The notes: generated from the sequence alone by a model not told the origin. 64,000 nucleotides of DNA from Octopus sinensis (GCF_006345805.1 NC_043020.1:22816001-22880000), one strand, 5' to 3'; counted from the first letter of the stretch, positions 1-12,556 are shown. A program made the numbers and translations.

Positions 1-2130
1 ACCCCACAAAAAATAATGAAAACTCTATCTTCACTAATTAAAACCCATGAAAAGGAACTGACAACCAAAGAGATTGATTTCCTAACAAACTTTAAATGCA
101 AACCTAGCCTTTTCTATGGTCTGCCAAAAATTCATAAAAGTCAAATTATAAATGAAACCATTAAAAAATCACCAAAGACATACATACACACACCTAATCC
201 GGGGGACCTAAAACTACGACCCATTGTAGCTGGCCCAACCTGTGAAACACACAGACTAAGTCTACTTATGGACATCCTCTTGAAACCCTTCCTTAAACAT
301 ATCGATAGCCATATCAGAGATGACTTAGATATGTTAACCACCTTCCAAAAAAAACAAGGAAGAAACAATCCTGGTTTCATTTGATGTAGTCAACTTGTAT
401 ACCAGTATACCTCATAATTATGGACTGGAGGCAATACAATTCTGGTTAGACCAATTTCCGAAGAAATACCAAAAAGGATCAGTAAGGATTCATTACTAAA
501 TCAATTGAATTCATCCTACACAATAACCACTTCATGTTTGACAATACATTTTACCGTCAAAAATCCGGAATTGCTATGGGTACAAGGGCAGAACCAGTCA
601 TTGTGAACTTAACAATGGGATACATGGAAATAATCATTTACCAGGAATCTCTATCAATCTTTGGAAACTCCCTCTCTCAATACATAAAAGAGAATTGGAA
701 ACGATTCCTAGACGATTGTTTCATTCTCTGGAATGAAAACATAGATAAACTCCTAAAATTTAAAAACCTATTGAACAGCATAAACCCAAATATACAGTTC
801 ACAATGGAATACAACCAAAGGAGCTCCCGTTCTTGGATATACTAATTAAAAAAATTAACCTTAAAATAGAAACAGACATTTTTTACAAAGCCACAGACGC
901 CAAACAATACCTTCTTTTAATTCATGCCACCCAAGACACACTAAAACAAACATCCCCTTCAACCTTGCAAGAAGGATATGCACAATAGTGTCAGAACAAA
1001 ATACCAGGAACTTTAGACTGCAAGAACTCAAAAACACCCCTAATTGACAGACATTACCCAGCTCAACTCATAGAGGATGGGATCAGACGTGCAACAGAAA
1101 TCAACATAGAACTTTAAGAAAAGTTCAACACAACAACACACCTTCCCAAAAATACTACCTTACATATCTACATACAACCCCAGAAACAAAGAAGCCTTCA
1201 CCATCATCACCCAGAATTTACCAATACTTCAAAAACCCAAATTAAAGGAAATTCTAAACATACACCAAATCATTAAAAGCTACAAACAGCCTAATAAATC
1301 ACTTAAAAGATTCTCACAAAGGCAAAATTGTCTTCTAAAATTACGGATGCAAAAGTAAAAAATGTGGCAGATCGAACTGTGCAACATGTCCTAACCTATT
1401 GGAAGGATCAGAATTCTTCTTTAAAGAGGGACAGAAATTTAAGATCAAATCTAACTTTACTTGTGCGTCTGAAACATAATTTATGTTATTAAATGCTCGG
1501 GCTGCCACCAAGACTACGTGGGTTCCACGGGACTATCACTCAGGCGCAGATGCACACTGCATCGACAACAGATTGCATTCCCAGATATAGAATGATACCT
1601 TTTAGTGAGCACATTGAGAAATGCGCAAAGCAACTACTGCCACAATTTTTAATCTTCCCATTTTACCAATGTGCTTTCGGATCATCAACACAAATGAGAC
1701 TGAACAAGGAAACATTCTTCATTGAAAAGTACAAACCCAGACTCAACCATCCGAACATACTGACACAGAGAATTTACAAGGAAAAGGGAAAAAAAATTTT
1801 TTAAGCGATTATCTCCCCTACACCGGAAAAAATCACTCACTACCTCCCCTTATTTAGAAATCTCCTGGAAATAAAAACAACGATAATTCCATGCAATATA
1901 AACATAACGTCACAAGAAATTTGAAAAGCTACACGCGAAACCGGTAATTTCTTTAAAAATTTTAAAATTAGGTCATTTTAAGGAAAGGGAAAAAAAAATT
2001 TTCCAATATTCTCCAGACATTTTGACACAAATATATATATTTTTTAACATTTAAGCCTTCGTCGTTTTTTTCACACTTTACTATTTTCTTATATATTCAC
2101 CCACGTGCTTTACCAAACAAACTTTCTTAT
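1..2130 (+). mobile_element. Penelope-like element (Neptune-type) copy A: RT, GIY-YIG endonuclease and 3' region/pseudo-LTR; 5' part runs off the window
   Basis: Frameshifted RT motifs LPKIHK, LRPIVAG, FDVVNLYTSIP, FYRQKSGIAMGT, WKRFLDDCF, FLDI. Then CGRSNCATC...FTC (Neptune-like extra Cys motif) and IYVIKCSGCHQDYVG...R...H (GIY-YIG with CxxC). Hammerhead at 1914-1953. Confidence 0.92.
1914..1953 (+). ncRNA. Minimal type I hammerhead ribozyme, U3-A8 core variant
   Basis: AAGAAAT-TTGAAAA-GC(TACAC)GC-GAAA-CCGG-TA-ATTTCTT: 7-bp stem I, core UUGAAAA, 2-bp stem II, palindromic ACCGGT stem III, GUA cleavage triplet ending at 1946. Confidence 0.75.
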
Positions 2131-5100
2131 CTATATATTAAACACGTGACGAAAATGCCACAGGTCAAACACCTCGGACAAAACCTTAAATGAGGACATA
2201 CTCAAAGAACTGAAAAATATTAATTCACAGCTTCTTAACCTGAACAACAAAATCGAGGAATCAAACTTACTCGCGCCGGGAAAGTAAAAGCAATGAAGAT
2301 GCAACCCGTTACACTGACCAGGTGAGTAAGGATCTACAACTGTTATATACAACACTGAACTCAATTTTCATCAACAAAAATCCGAAAATAATACACAGGC
2401 ACCTAATGAAACATAGCAGGACACCATACGCACCCAAACCAACCCAACAAAAGAAAAATAGGAAACGTTTGGAATACAAACCTGCACAACAGAAACTCAC
2501 CTTCTGGAACATGATAAAAAATTCCAACAAAGCAGATCTACGAGGGATGGATAAACTCAACACCAATTATCCTCCCACGCAAATTCCAGATAAAATTAAT
2601 TCCTAACGAGCCTGACGGACAGAGATCTATTAGAGAAAAGTCAGCTCTGTTCAATTTTAAATCAGAAATAGAGCTTCTAAGACTCAGGGCCTCCACAAAT
2701 GAAGAAAACTTAAAAGCATAGACGAGGAGATGCACAATCTAATACTAAAATATACCGAGGGACAACCCCTCGATAATACATTGGATCACTGGAAGGATTC
2801 CTGTGAGAGAGAAGAGAGAAATTCTCTCCTACGCTGGGAGAAAAACATGGACTTCTTCCAAAAATATAGTGAAACCTTCAAAATGAATTGGGTACAAATA
2901 ATCCCTTCCTTAAGAAAAACAATACAATAAATAAAAAAAAAAAAAACCTAACAACCCACAAACAACCCCCAACTATCCTCCATACACTAAAAACAGAAAT
3001 CACCCACAACCAACTTCACAAACCACGCTAGACCTAACAGGGAACTAGCTGAAAGAGGACGCATCTATGAAAGAAATTACACCAAAAACAGAACAAACCA
3101 ACAACATCCTAATACCAGACCCAACCACCATACAGCACAATACGACACTAGGATAAGAAATACACCACACACAAATCACTACTACGCCATGAACCAAAAC
3201 TACTGGTCCCCACTAAACACAGACAAACGCAAAGAAACACTATGTCAAGCAACATCCCACATACAAGAAGTTCGAAACAAAAATATTCCCCATACAGAAA
3301 TTTACACACACCACAAGCATTAACAACCATAGATTCCCCCACACACACACAACGATCGGAGGCAACAATACCACCACTCCCCCGACCAAATACCACACAA
3401 CCTCACAGACAACTCATACAAACAAAATTACACCCAACATTTTTTAGCCAGGGACCAGGGACACCAGGACACAGGCTGGAACCTAGTAATAAGGAAAAAC
3501 CGAAGATAATCAATCTTTCAACCAAACCTCTTTCTAACATAAAAATTGACATCCTCGCAAAAGGGCTCAAATTTACACCAACTCCACGCAGAGCAAACCT
3601 AAATGAACTCAGGATAATATACAGAATTCTGCAGAAAATTAAGACTAGTAGAAGCATCAAACAGTTTCAATACTGAAGATGAATCACTAGTCAAGAACAA
3701 AAGTGAACACATCCCACACAGAGGAAGAATAAAGATCTTGACGAATTCTGTAACCACATTGAGAACTTCCCCTACCATACTATACATAAACAGAAAGCTA
3801 ACCCAAATTTTAACACTACACAATGGAAAGAACTGATAGAACTCCAAAATGATGAAGATATAACCATTAAGGAAGCGGACAAGGGAAATGCAGTTGTAAT
3901 AATGGATACATCATACTACAGAAATCTTGTAATTTCCTTGCTTGATGAAGACCTACATTATAAAAAAATTACCAACTACACCCCACAAAAAATAATGAAA
4001 ACTCTATCTTCACTAATTAAAACCCATAAAAGAACTGACAACCAAAGAGATTGATTTCCTAACAAACTTTAAATGCAAACCTAGCCTTTTCTATGGTCTG
4101 CCAAAAATTCATAAAAGTCAAATTATAAATGAAACCATTAAAAAATCACCAAGACATACATACACACACCTAATCCGGGGGACCTAAAACTACAACCCAT
4201 TGTAGCTGGCCCAACCTGTGAAACACACAGACTAAGTCTACTTATGGACATCCTCTTGAAACCCTTCCTTAAACATATCGATAGCCATATCAGAGATGAC
4301 TTAGATATGTTAAACCACCTTCCAAAAAAAACAAGGAAGAAACAATCCTGGTTTCATTTGATGTAGTCAACTTGTATACCAGTATACCTCATAATTATGG
4401 ACTGGAGGCAATACAATTCTGGTTAGACCAATTTCGGAAGAAATACCAAAAAGGATCAGTAAGGAATTCATTACTAAATCAATTGAATTCATCCTACACA
4501 ATAACCACTTCATGTTTGACAATACATTTTACCGTCAAAAATCCGGAATTGCTATGGGTACAAGGGCAGCACCAGCCATTGCGAACTTAACAATGGGATA
4601 CATGGAAATAATCATTTACCAGGAATCTCTATCAATCTTGGAAACTCCCTCTCTCAATACATAAAAGAGAATTGGAAACGATTCCTAGACGATTGTTTCA
4701 TTCTCTGAATGAAAACATAGATAAACTCCTAAAATTAAAAACCTATTGAACAACATAAACCCAAATATACAGTTCACAATGGAATACACCAAAAGGAGCT
4801 CCCGTTCTTGGATATACTAATTAAAAAAATTAACCTTAAAATAGAAACAAACATTTTTTACAAAGCCACAGACGCCAAACAATACCTTCTTTTTAATTCA
4901 TGCCACCCAAGACACACTAAAACAAACATCCCCTTCAACCTTGCAAGAAGGATATGCACAATAGTGTCAGAACAAAATACCAGGAACTTTAGACTGCAAG
5001 AACTCAAAAACACCCTAATTGACAGACACCTTACCCAGCTCAACTCATAGAGGATGGGATCAGACGTGCAACAGAAATCAACATAGAAACTTTAAGAAAA

Positions 5101-5150
5101 GTTCACCACAACAACACAACCTTCCCCAAAAATACTACCTTACATATCTA
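2131..5150 (+). mobile_element. Penelope-like element copy B: extended N-terminus and RT, truncated before the endonuclease; tandem with copy A
   Basis: ATG at 2155, coiled-coil-like leader, IINLS..L......LAKGLKFTPTP (about 3510-3580), TIKEADKGNAVVIMD (about 3865-3910). RT 3975-5150 is near-identical to copy A. Ends abruptly at CTACCTTACATATCTA (5150). Confidence 0.9.
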
Positions 5151-5293
5151 ATATAATGTAATATTAATAATGTATCTATATAATGTAATATTTTGAATTC
5201 GCCTATAATGGTCCCTTTACATACTGAATACTTGGTGAAATTGATTAATAATTAATTAATTTACCCTCAATTGTTGAAAATATATATATATAT

Positions 5294-5342
<49 letters not shown>

Positions 5343-5349
5343 TATATTG

Positions 5350-5590
5350 TACATATATGTGTGTATGTATGTATTTGTGTGTCTTTGTCTGTCTCCACAC
5401 ACCATCGCCTGTCAACACCGATGTTGGTGTATTACACATCCCTGTAACTTAGTGAGATGAATATAATAAAAGGAGATTGATAGAATAAATACCAGGCTTA
5501 AAAGGAATAAGTCCTGGATTCTATTTGTTCGACTAAATGTGATGCTCCAGCATGGCCACAGTCAAATGACTGAAACAAGTAAAAGAGTAA
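5350..5590 (+). mobile_element. 3' half of the abundant tRNA-derived SINE
   Basis: Matches the 3' module of full copies (GATGTTGGTGT...CCAGCATGGCCACAGTCAAATGACTGAAACAAGTAAAAGAG). Confidence 0.75.
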
Positions 5591-5632
5591 AACATATATG
5601 TGTATGTATATTTATGTATATATTTATGTGTA

Positions 5633-5670
<38 letters not shown>

Positions 5671-5674
<4 letters not shown>

Positions 5675-6648
5675 AAAGAAAGTTGGTTTGTGAAAGCATG
5701 TGGTTGAATATATAGAAAATAGTAAAAAGTGAAAAAACTACAGAGGCTTGTTTAAAAAGGTTAAAAAATATATATTTGAGTCAATATGTCTGAAGAATAT
5801 TATAAATTTTTTTCTTACATGACATAGTTTAGAAGAAAGACCGGTTTCTCGCGTTTAGCTTTTCAATTTCTTACGTCGTTATGTTTATGTTGAGTAGAGT
5901 TATCGTTATGTTTATGTTGAAAAAGTTTCTAAATAAGGGGAGGTAATGAGTGATTTCTTCCGGTGTAAGGGAGATAATCGCTTAAAATTTTTTGCCTTTC
6001 CCTTGGTGTGAATTTCTCTGTATCAGTATGTTGGAATGGTTAAGTCTGGGCTTGTACTTTTCAATGAAGAATGTTTCCTTGTTTAGTCTAATTTGTGTTG
6101 ATGATCCGATAGCACATTGGTAAAATGGAATGATTAAAAATTGTGGTAGTAGTTGCTTTGCGCATTTCTCAATGTGCTCACTAAAAGGTATCATTCTGTA
6201 TTCTGGGAATGCAATCTGCTGTCGATGCAGTGTGCATCTACGTCTGAGTGATAGTCCCGTGGATCCCACGTAGTCTTGGTGGCAGCCCGAGCATTTAATG
6301 ACATAAATTATGTTTTCAGAGGCACAAGTAAAGTTAGATTTGATCTTGAATCTCTGTCCCTCTTTAAAGAAGAATTCTGATCCTTCCAATAGGTTAGGAC
6401 ATGTTGCACAGTTCGATCTGCCACATTTTTTTACTTTTGCATCCGTAATTTCAGAAAACAATTTTGCCTTTGTGAGAATTTTTTTAAGTGATTTAGGTTG
6501 TTTGTAGCTTTTAATGATTTGGTGTATGTTTAGAATTTCCTTTAATTTGGGGTCCTTATGAAGTATTGGTAAATTCTGGGTGATGATGGAGAAGGCTTCT
6601 TTGTTTCTGGGGTTGTATGTAGATATGTAAGGTAGTATTTTCGGGGAA
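5671..6648 (-). mobile_element. Penelope-like element copy C: inverted 3' portion (GIY-YIG and pseudo-LTR), abutting (TA)n
   Basis: ORF 5982-6461 encodes GIY-YIG. Near-identical to copy D 7745-8680 and shares D-diagnostic bases that differ from copy A. Confidence 0.9.
5833..5872 (-). ncRNA. Minimal hammerhead in copy C (U3-A8 variant, extra GA before GAAA)
   Basis: Minus strand reads AAGAAA-TTGAAAA-GC(TAAAC)GC-GA-GAAA-CCGG-TC-TTTCTT. Confidence 0.55.
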
Positions 6649-6651
6649 ATT

Positions 6652-8682
6652 CATGAAAAGGAACTAACAACCAAAGAGATTGACTTTCTAACAAACTTTA
6701 AATGCAAACCTAGCCTTTTCTATGGTCTGCCAAAAATTCATAAAAGCCAAATTATAAATGAAGCCATTAAAAAATCACCAAAGACATACATACACACACC
6801 TAACCCAGGGGACCTAAAACTACAACCCATTGTAGCTGGCCCAACCTGTGAAACACACAGACTAAGTCTATTTATGGACATCCTCCTGAAACCCTTCCTT
6901 AAACATATCGATAGCCATATCAGAGATGACTTAGATATGTTAAACCACCTGCCAAAAAAATCCAAGGAAGAAACAATCCTGGTTTCATTTGATGTGGTTA
7001 ACTTATATACCAGTATACCTCATAATTATGGACTAGAGGCGATACAGTTCTGGCTGGACCAATTTCCGGAAGAAATACCAAAAAGGATCAGTAAAGAATT
7101 CATTACTAAATCAATTGAATTCATCCTACATAATAACCACTTCATGTTTGACAATACATTTTACCGTCAAATATCCGGAATTGCTATGGGTACAAGGGCA
7201 GCACCAATCATTGTGAACCTAACAATGGGCTACCTGGAAATAATCATTTACCAGGAATCTTTATCAATCTTTGGAAACCCCCTCTCTCAATACATAAAAG
7301 AGAATTGGAAACGATTCCTAGACAATTGTTTTATACTCTGGAATGAAAACATAGATAAACTCCTAAAATTTAAAAACCTATTGAACAGCATAAACCCAAA
7401 TATACATTTCACAATGGATACACCAAAAGGAGCTCCGTTCTTGGATATACAATTAAAAAAATTAACCTTAAAAAATAGACACAGACATTTTTTACAAAGC
7501 CACAGACGCCAAACCATACCTTCTTTTTAATTCATGCCACCCAAGACACACTAAAACAAACATCCCCTTCAACCTTGCAAGAAGGATATGCACAATAGTG
7601 TCAGAACAAAATACCAGGAACTTTTAGACTGCAAGAACTCAAAAACACCCTAATTGACAGACATTACCCAGCTCAACTCATAGAGGATGGGATCAGACGT
7701 GCAACAGAAATCAAATAGAAACTTTAAGAAAATTCAACACAACAACACACCTTCCCCAAAAACTACCTTACATATCTACATACAACCCCAGAAACAAAGA
7801 AGCCTTCACCATCATCACCCAGAATTTACCAATACTTCATAAGGACCCCAAATTAAAGGAAATTCTAAACATACACCAAATCATTAAAAGCTACAAACAA
7901 CATAAACCACTTAAAAAGATTCTCACAAAGGCAAAATTGTTTTCTGAAATTACGGATGCAAAAGTAAAAAAATGTGGCAGATCGAACTGTGCAACATGTC
8001 CTAACCTATTGGAAGGATCAGAATTCTTCTTTAAAGAGGGACAGAGATTCAAGATCAAATCTAACTTTACTTGTGCCTCTGAAAACATAATTTATGTCAT
8101 TAAATGCTCGGGCTGCCACCAAGACTACGTGGGATCCACGGGACTATCACTCAGACGTAGATGCACACTGCATCGACAACAGATTGCATTCCCAGAATAC
8201 AGAATGATACCTTTTAGTGAGCACATTGAGAAATGCGCAAAGCAACTACTACCACAATTTTTAATCATTCCATTTTACCAATGTCTATCGGATCATCAAC
8301 ACAAATTAGACTAAACAGGAACATTCTTCATTGAAAAGTACAAGCCCAGACTTAACCATTCCAACATACTGATACAGAGAAATTCACACCAAGGGAAAGG
8401 CAAAAAATTTTAAGTGATTATCTCCCTTACACTTGAAGAAATCACTCATTACCTGCCCTTATTTAGAACTCTTTTCAACATAAACATAACGATAACTCTA
8501 CTCAACATAAACATAACGACGTAAGAAATTTGAAAAGCTAAACGCGAAACCGGTCTTTCTTCTAAATTATGTCATTGTAAGAAAAGAATTTATAATATTC
8601 TTCAGACATATTGACTCAAATATATATTTTTTAACCTTTTTAAACAAGCCTTCTGTAATTTTTTCACTTTTTACTATTTTAC
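6652..8682 (+). mobile_element. Penelope-like element copy D: 5'-truncated RT, GIY-YIG and 3' region; head-to-head with copy C
   Basis: ORF 6874-7530 (RT core) and ORF 7937-8314 (GIY-YIG). Visibly diverged by substitutions from copies A/B. Confidence 0.92.
8523..8561 (+). ncRNA. Minimal hammerhead in copy D (U3-A8 variant)
   Basis: AAGAAA(T)-TTGAAAA-GC(TAAAC)GC-GAAA-CCGG-TC-TTTCTT; one extra T relative to a perfect stem I. Confidence 0.62.
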
Positions 8683-8863
8683 CGATAAAACATAGTGTTT
8701 ATCAATTTTAACCCACGCTGGTGGAAAGGGGAGAGCATAAATTCTTCGCTTGCATATTTTGAATTTGCTAGCACTGATAGTTCGAGCAAATCTTCAGAAG
8801 TGATAAGAAGCCAAAAGGGTGTGCTCCCACTTTCAGTGTTCCCAAGTCCGAATCAAGGAGTTC

Positions 8864-8915
8864 TGAGCTGACGAAAGAAGTGTCGATTTGACTAATCTAG
8901 AAACGTACGTTCTCA
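8864..8915 (+). ncRNA. Type I hammerhead, canonical core, palindromic stem III
   Basis: TGAG-CTGACGA-AAGA...TCTA-GAAA-CGTACG-TT-CTCA. Stem III is the perfect palindrome ACGTACGT; GUU triplet. Confidence 0.68.
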
Positions 8916-9202
8916 AATAACCTTTGCATTTGTGATGTATTAATGTTTTTTACCCCCATACCTTCGTGAGTTGACTTGAGCAAACACTATATGAGAGAGA
9001 TTTTCTTTAAGTATTAGAAATACTTTTAGAAAAATTTTTTTAGCTGCTATTTCTAATGAGTTCAGTATGTGGCAAAGTAATTTATTTTACTAAGCCCTTT
9101 TATATAATGTAATAATTTGAATTCGCTTAAATGGTCCCTTTGCATACTGAATACTTGGTGAAATTGATTAATAATAATTAATTTTACCCTCAATTGTTTG
9201 AA

Positions 9203-9278
<76 letters not shown>

Positions 9279-9484
9279 TATATATTTATGTATATATATA
9301 TATATATAATATGTACGCGCACACACACACCTATATTTTATATAGACATGGCTAGGTGGTAACAGATTTGCTTCCTAACTACATAGCTCTGTGTTCAGTT
9401 CCAAGTTCTACAATGGCTCTGGACTAACCAAAGGCTTTTGAGTGGATCTGGTAGATGGAAACTAAAAGAAGCCCATTATACATA

Positions 9485-9714
9485 TACTCTTTACTCTTTG
9501 ACTTGTTTCAGTCATTTTGACTGCGGCCATGCTGGAGCACTGCCTTTAATTGAGCAACTCGACCCCGGGACTTATTCTTTTGTAAGCCCAGTACTTATTC
9601 TCTCAGTCTCTTTTGCCGAACTGCTAAGTAACACGGACATAAACACACCAGCATCGGTTGTCAAGCAATGCTAGGGGGACAAACACAGACACACAAACAC
9701 ACACGCATATACAT

Positions 9715-9794
<80 letters not shown>

Positions 9795-9956
9795 GACGGG
9801 CTTCTTTCAGTTTCCGTCTACCAAATCCACTCACAAGGCTTTGGTCAGCCCGTAGCTATAGTAGAAGACACTTGCCCAAGGTGCCATGCAGTGGGACTGA
9901 ACCCGGAACCATGTGGTTGGTAAACAAGCTACTTACCACACAGCCACTCCTGCGCC
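9485..9956 (-). mobile_element. Full-length tRNA-derived SINE with central (TA/CA)n
   Basis: Minus-strand head GGCGCAGGAGTGGCTGTGTGGTAAG...GGTTCAGTCCC (A/B-box like), microsatellite middle, GTAAAAGAG-type tail. Many homologues in the window. Confidence 0.85.
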
Positions 9957-10014
9957 TATATATATTATCGTTTAATTATTTCAGTCATTAGACTAGGCCC
10001 AGCTGTGGTATTGC

Positions 10015-10700
10015 CTTGAAGAATGTTTAGTGCCCTGGGAGAAAAGTTGGACATAAGAAGCTTCAGATGTTGTGTGCAAGAGGGACAACTGTGCTGGTAT
10101 GGTCATTTGATGTGTATTGATGAGGACAGCTGTGCGAAGAAGTGCCACACCCTAACAGTTGAGGGAACTTGTGGAAGAGGTAGACCCAGGAAGACATGGG
10201 ATAAGGAGGTGAAGCATGACCTTCAAACATTGGACCTCACCAATTGGACCTTTGGAGATATGCTATGCTTGAGAAGACCCAGCAAGAGATCATAGTTGTT
10301 GCTGATGCGTGTGTCACATAACTGACCCATTTAAAAGCACCCTTCAATCATTGGCCAATAAGCTGTGCTTGTGAAGACCTGTTGAACCAAGTCAAATTGT
10401 AGTCATGGCTGATGCCAATGCCGGTTCACTGGCACCCGGTGACACATAAAAAGCACCGTTCGAGCATGCCTGATGCCAGGGCTGCCTGACTGGCTCCTGT
10501 GCCAGTTGGATGTAAAAATCACTCACTACACTCTCAGAGTGGTTGGCATTAGGAAGGGTATCCAGCTGTAGAAACCTTTCCAAATCAGAATGGGGCCTGG
10601 TGCAGCCTCTCGCCCTGCCAATTCTCAGTCAAACCATCCAACCCGTGCCAACTTGGAAAGCAAAAATTAAACAATGACGATGATGATGATGATGATGATA
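10015..10700 (+). mobile_element. RTE-clade LINE 3' fragment (ORF2 C-terminus, 3' UTR, (GAT)n tail)
   Basis: LCWYGHLMC...GTCGRGRPRKTW...VKHDL is the typical RTE C-terminus. The UTR is shared with many truncated copies ending in GATGATGAT. Confidence 0.82.
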
Positions 10701-10831
10701 TATATATCGAAACATTAAATCCTCCTTCTTTCTTTCCTTTCCTGAGCGTCCAATAACGCTATACTTGTTCCACGTCCTTGCGTTGTTGTATTTTCTCTTT
10801 GTGTTTCCATGTTTGGATTAACGATATATAT

Positions 10832-11378
10832 ATCATCATCATCGTTTAGCGTCCGTTTTCCATGCTAGCATGGGTTGGACGGTTCTACTGGGGTCTGTGA
10901 AGCCAGAAGGCTTCATCAGGCCCAGTCAAATCTGGCAGTGTTTCTACAGCTGGATGCCCTTCCTAACGCCAACCACTCCGTGAGTGTAGTGGGTGCTTTT
11001 TATGTGCCACCCGCACAGGTGCCAGACAGAGCTGGCAAATGGCCACGAACGGATGGTGCTTTTTATGTGCCACTGGCACGGGGGCCAGGCGAAAAAATAT
11101 ATATATATATATATAAAATGTAATATAATGTATGTGGCACGTAAAAAGCACCAACCGATCGTGGCCACCGCCAGCCTCCCCTGGCACCTGTGCCAGTGGC
11201 ACGTAAAAAGCACCCACTACACTCACGGAGTGGTTGGCGTTAGGAAGGGCATCCAGCTGTAGAAACACTGCCAGATCAGACTGGCGCCTGGTGCAGCCTC
11301 CTGGCTTCACAGATCCCCGGTCAAACTGTCCAACCGTGCTAGCATGGAAAACGGACGTTAAACGATGATGATGATGAT
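10832..11378. mobile_element. Two RTE 3' UTR copies in inverted orientation (about 10832-11085 minus, about 11125-11378 plus)
   Basis: (CAT)n at the left end and (GAT)n at the right end; arms are reverse-complement homologues. Confidence 0.8.
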
Positions 11379-11409
11379 ATATATATATAAATATATATAT
11401 AAATATATA

Positions 11410-11448
<39 letters not shown>

Positions 11449-11761
11449 TATAATGTATATATATAATATCGCAAGGTTTCTCAAAAATAACACAGTGTGT
11501 TGGAAAATTTGATCAGATGATATTTACCAAAGTAATTTGTATACAAACACTCCCTCTAGGAGTGTTTAAAACATGAAAAGAAAACAGAAAACCGCTGCTA
11601 AAAGCGTTACACGTACAGAGCAAATTTTACACTTTCCCCAAAAATTCAATTATTGCAAATACAGACCACACAAAAGTCTTTATGTTCTGGTGTGGTGTGT
11701 ATGTGTGTGTAAGCATTCATATATATTAATGTACACCAATTACTCAGTATATTTATTCAAA

Positions 11762-11800
<39 letters not shown>

Positions 11801-12043
11801 CGCACAAGCACTTGCTAGTATTAAAATAATATTTATATTGATGTATACAAAAATATTTTTAGACTTGTATGAATATATACATGCGGGGATATATATTAGT
11901 AATATTAGTAAAATACATCAGAGAGAGAAAGAGAGAGAGAGAGAGAAAGAGAAAGAGAAAGAGGAAGAAGAGGAAAGATGAGAGAGAGAGGATGAAAGAG
12001 AAGGAAAGATGAGAGAGAAAGAGAGAGAGAGAGAGAAAACGCT

Positions 12044-12094
<51 letters not shown>

Positions 12095-12154
12095 CTGTGT
12101 GTTTACATAACAGTCTACACACACACACACACACACACTCACACATATATATAT

Positions 12155-12556
12155 ACGGAGTGGCTGTGTGGTAAGTAGCTTGCTTACCAATCACATGGTT
12201 CCGGGTTCAGTCCCACTGCATGGCAACTTGGGCAAGTGTCTTCTACACACCACACACACACACACATTATATATATATATATATATATAGCCTCGGGCCA
12301 ACCAAAGCCTTGTGAGTGGATTTGGTAGACAGAAACTGAAAGAGACCCCCCATATATGTGTGTGTGTGTGTATGTTTGTGTGTCTGCTTGACAACCGATG
12401 TTGGTGCGTTTACTTCCCCATAACTTAGTGGTTGGGCAAAAGAGACCGATAGCATAAATACTAGGCTAACAAAGAATAAGTCCTGGGGGTGATTTGCTCA
12501 ACTAAAGGCAGTGCTCCAGCATGGCTGTAGTCAAATGACTGAAATAAGTAAAAGAG
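12155..12556 (+). mobile_element. tRNA-derived SINE (interrupted)
   Basis: GGAGTGGCTGTGTGGTAAG head, GGTTCAGTCCC B-box, AAATGACTGAAATAAGTAAAAGAG tail. Confidence 0.8.

Noticed and set aside
4680-4720. Apparent in-frame TGA in the Penelope RT as possible selenocysteine (Naiad-like)
   Set aside because: It arises from a 1-bp deletion (CTCTGAAT versus CTCTGGAAT in copies A and D); the endonuclease is C-terminal, not Naiad-type.
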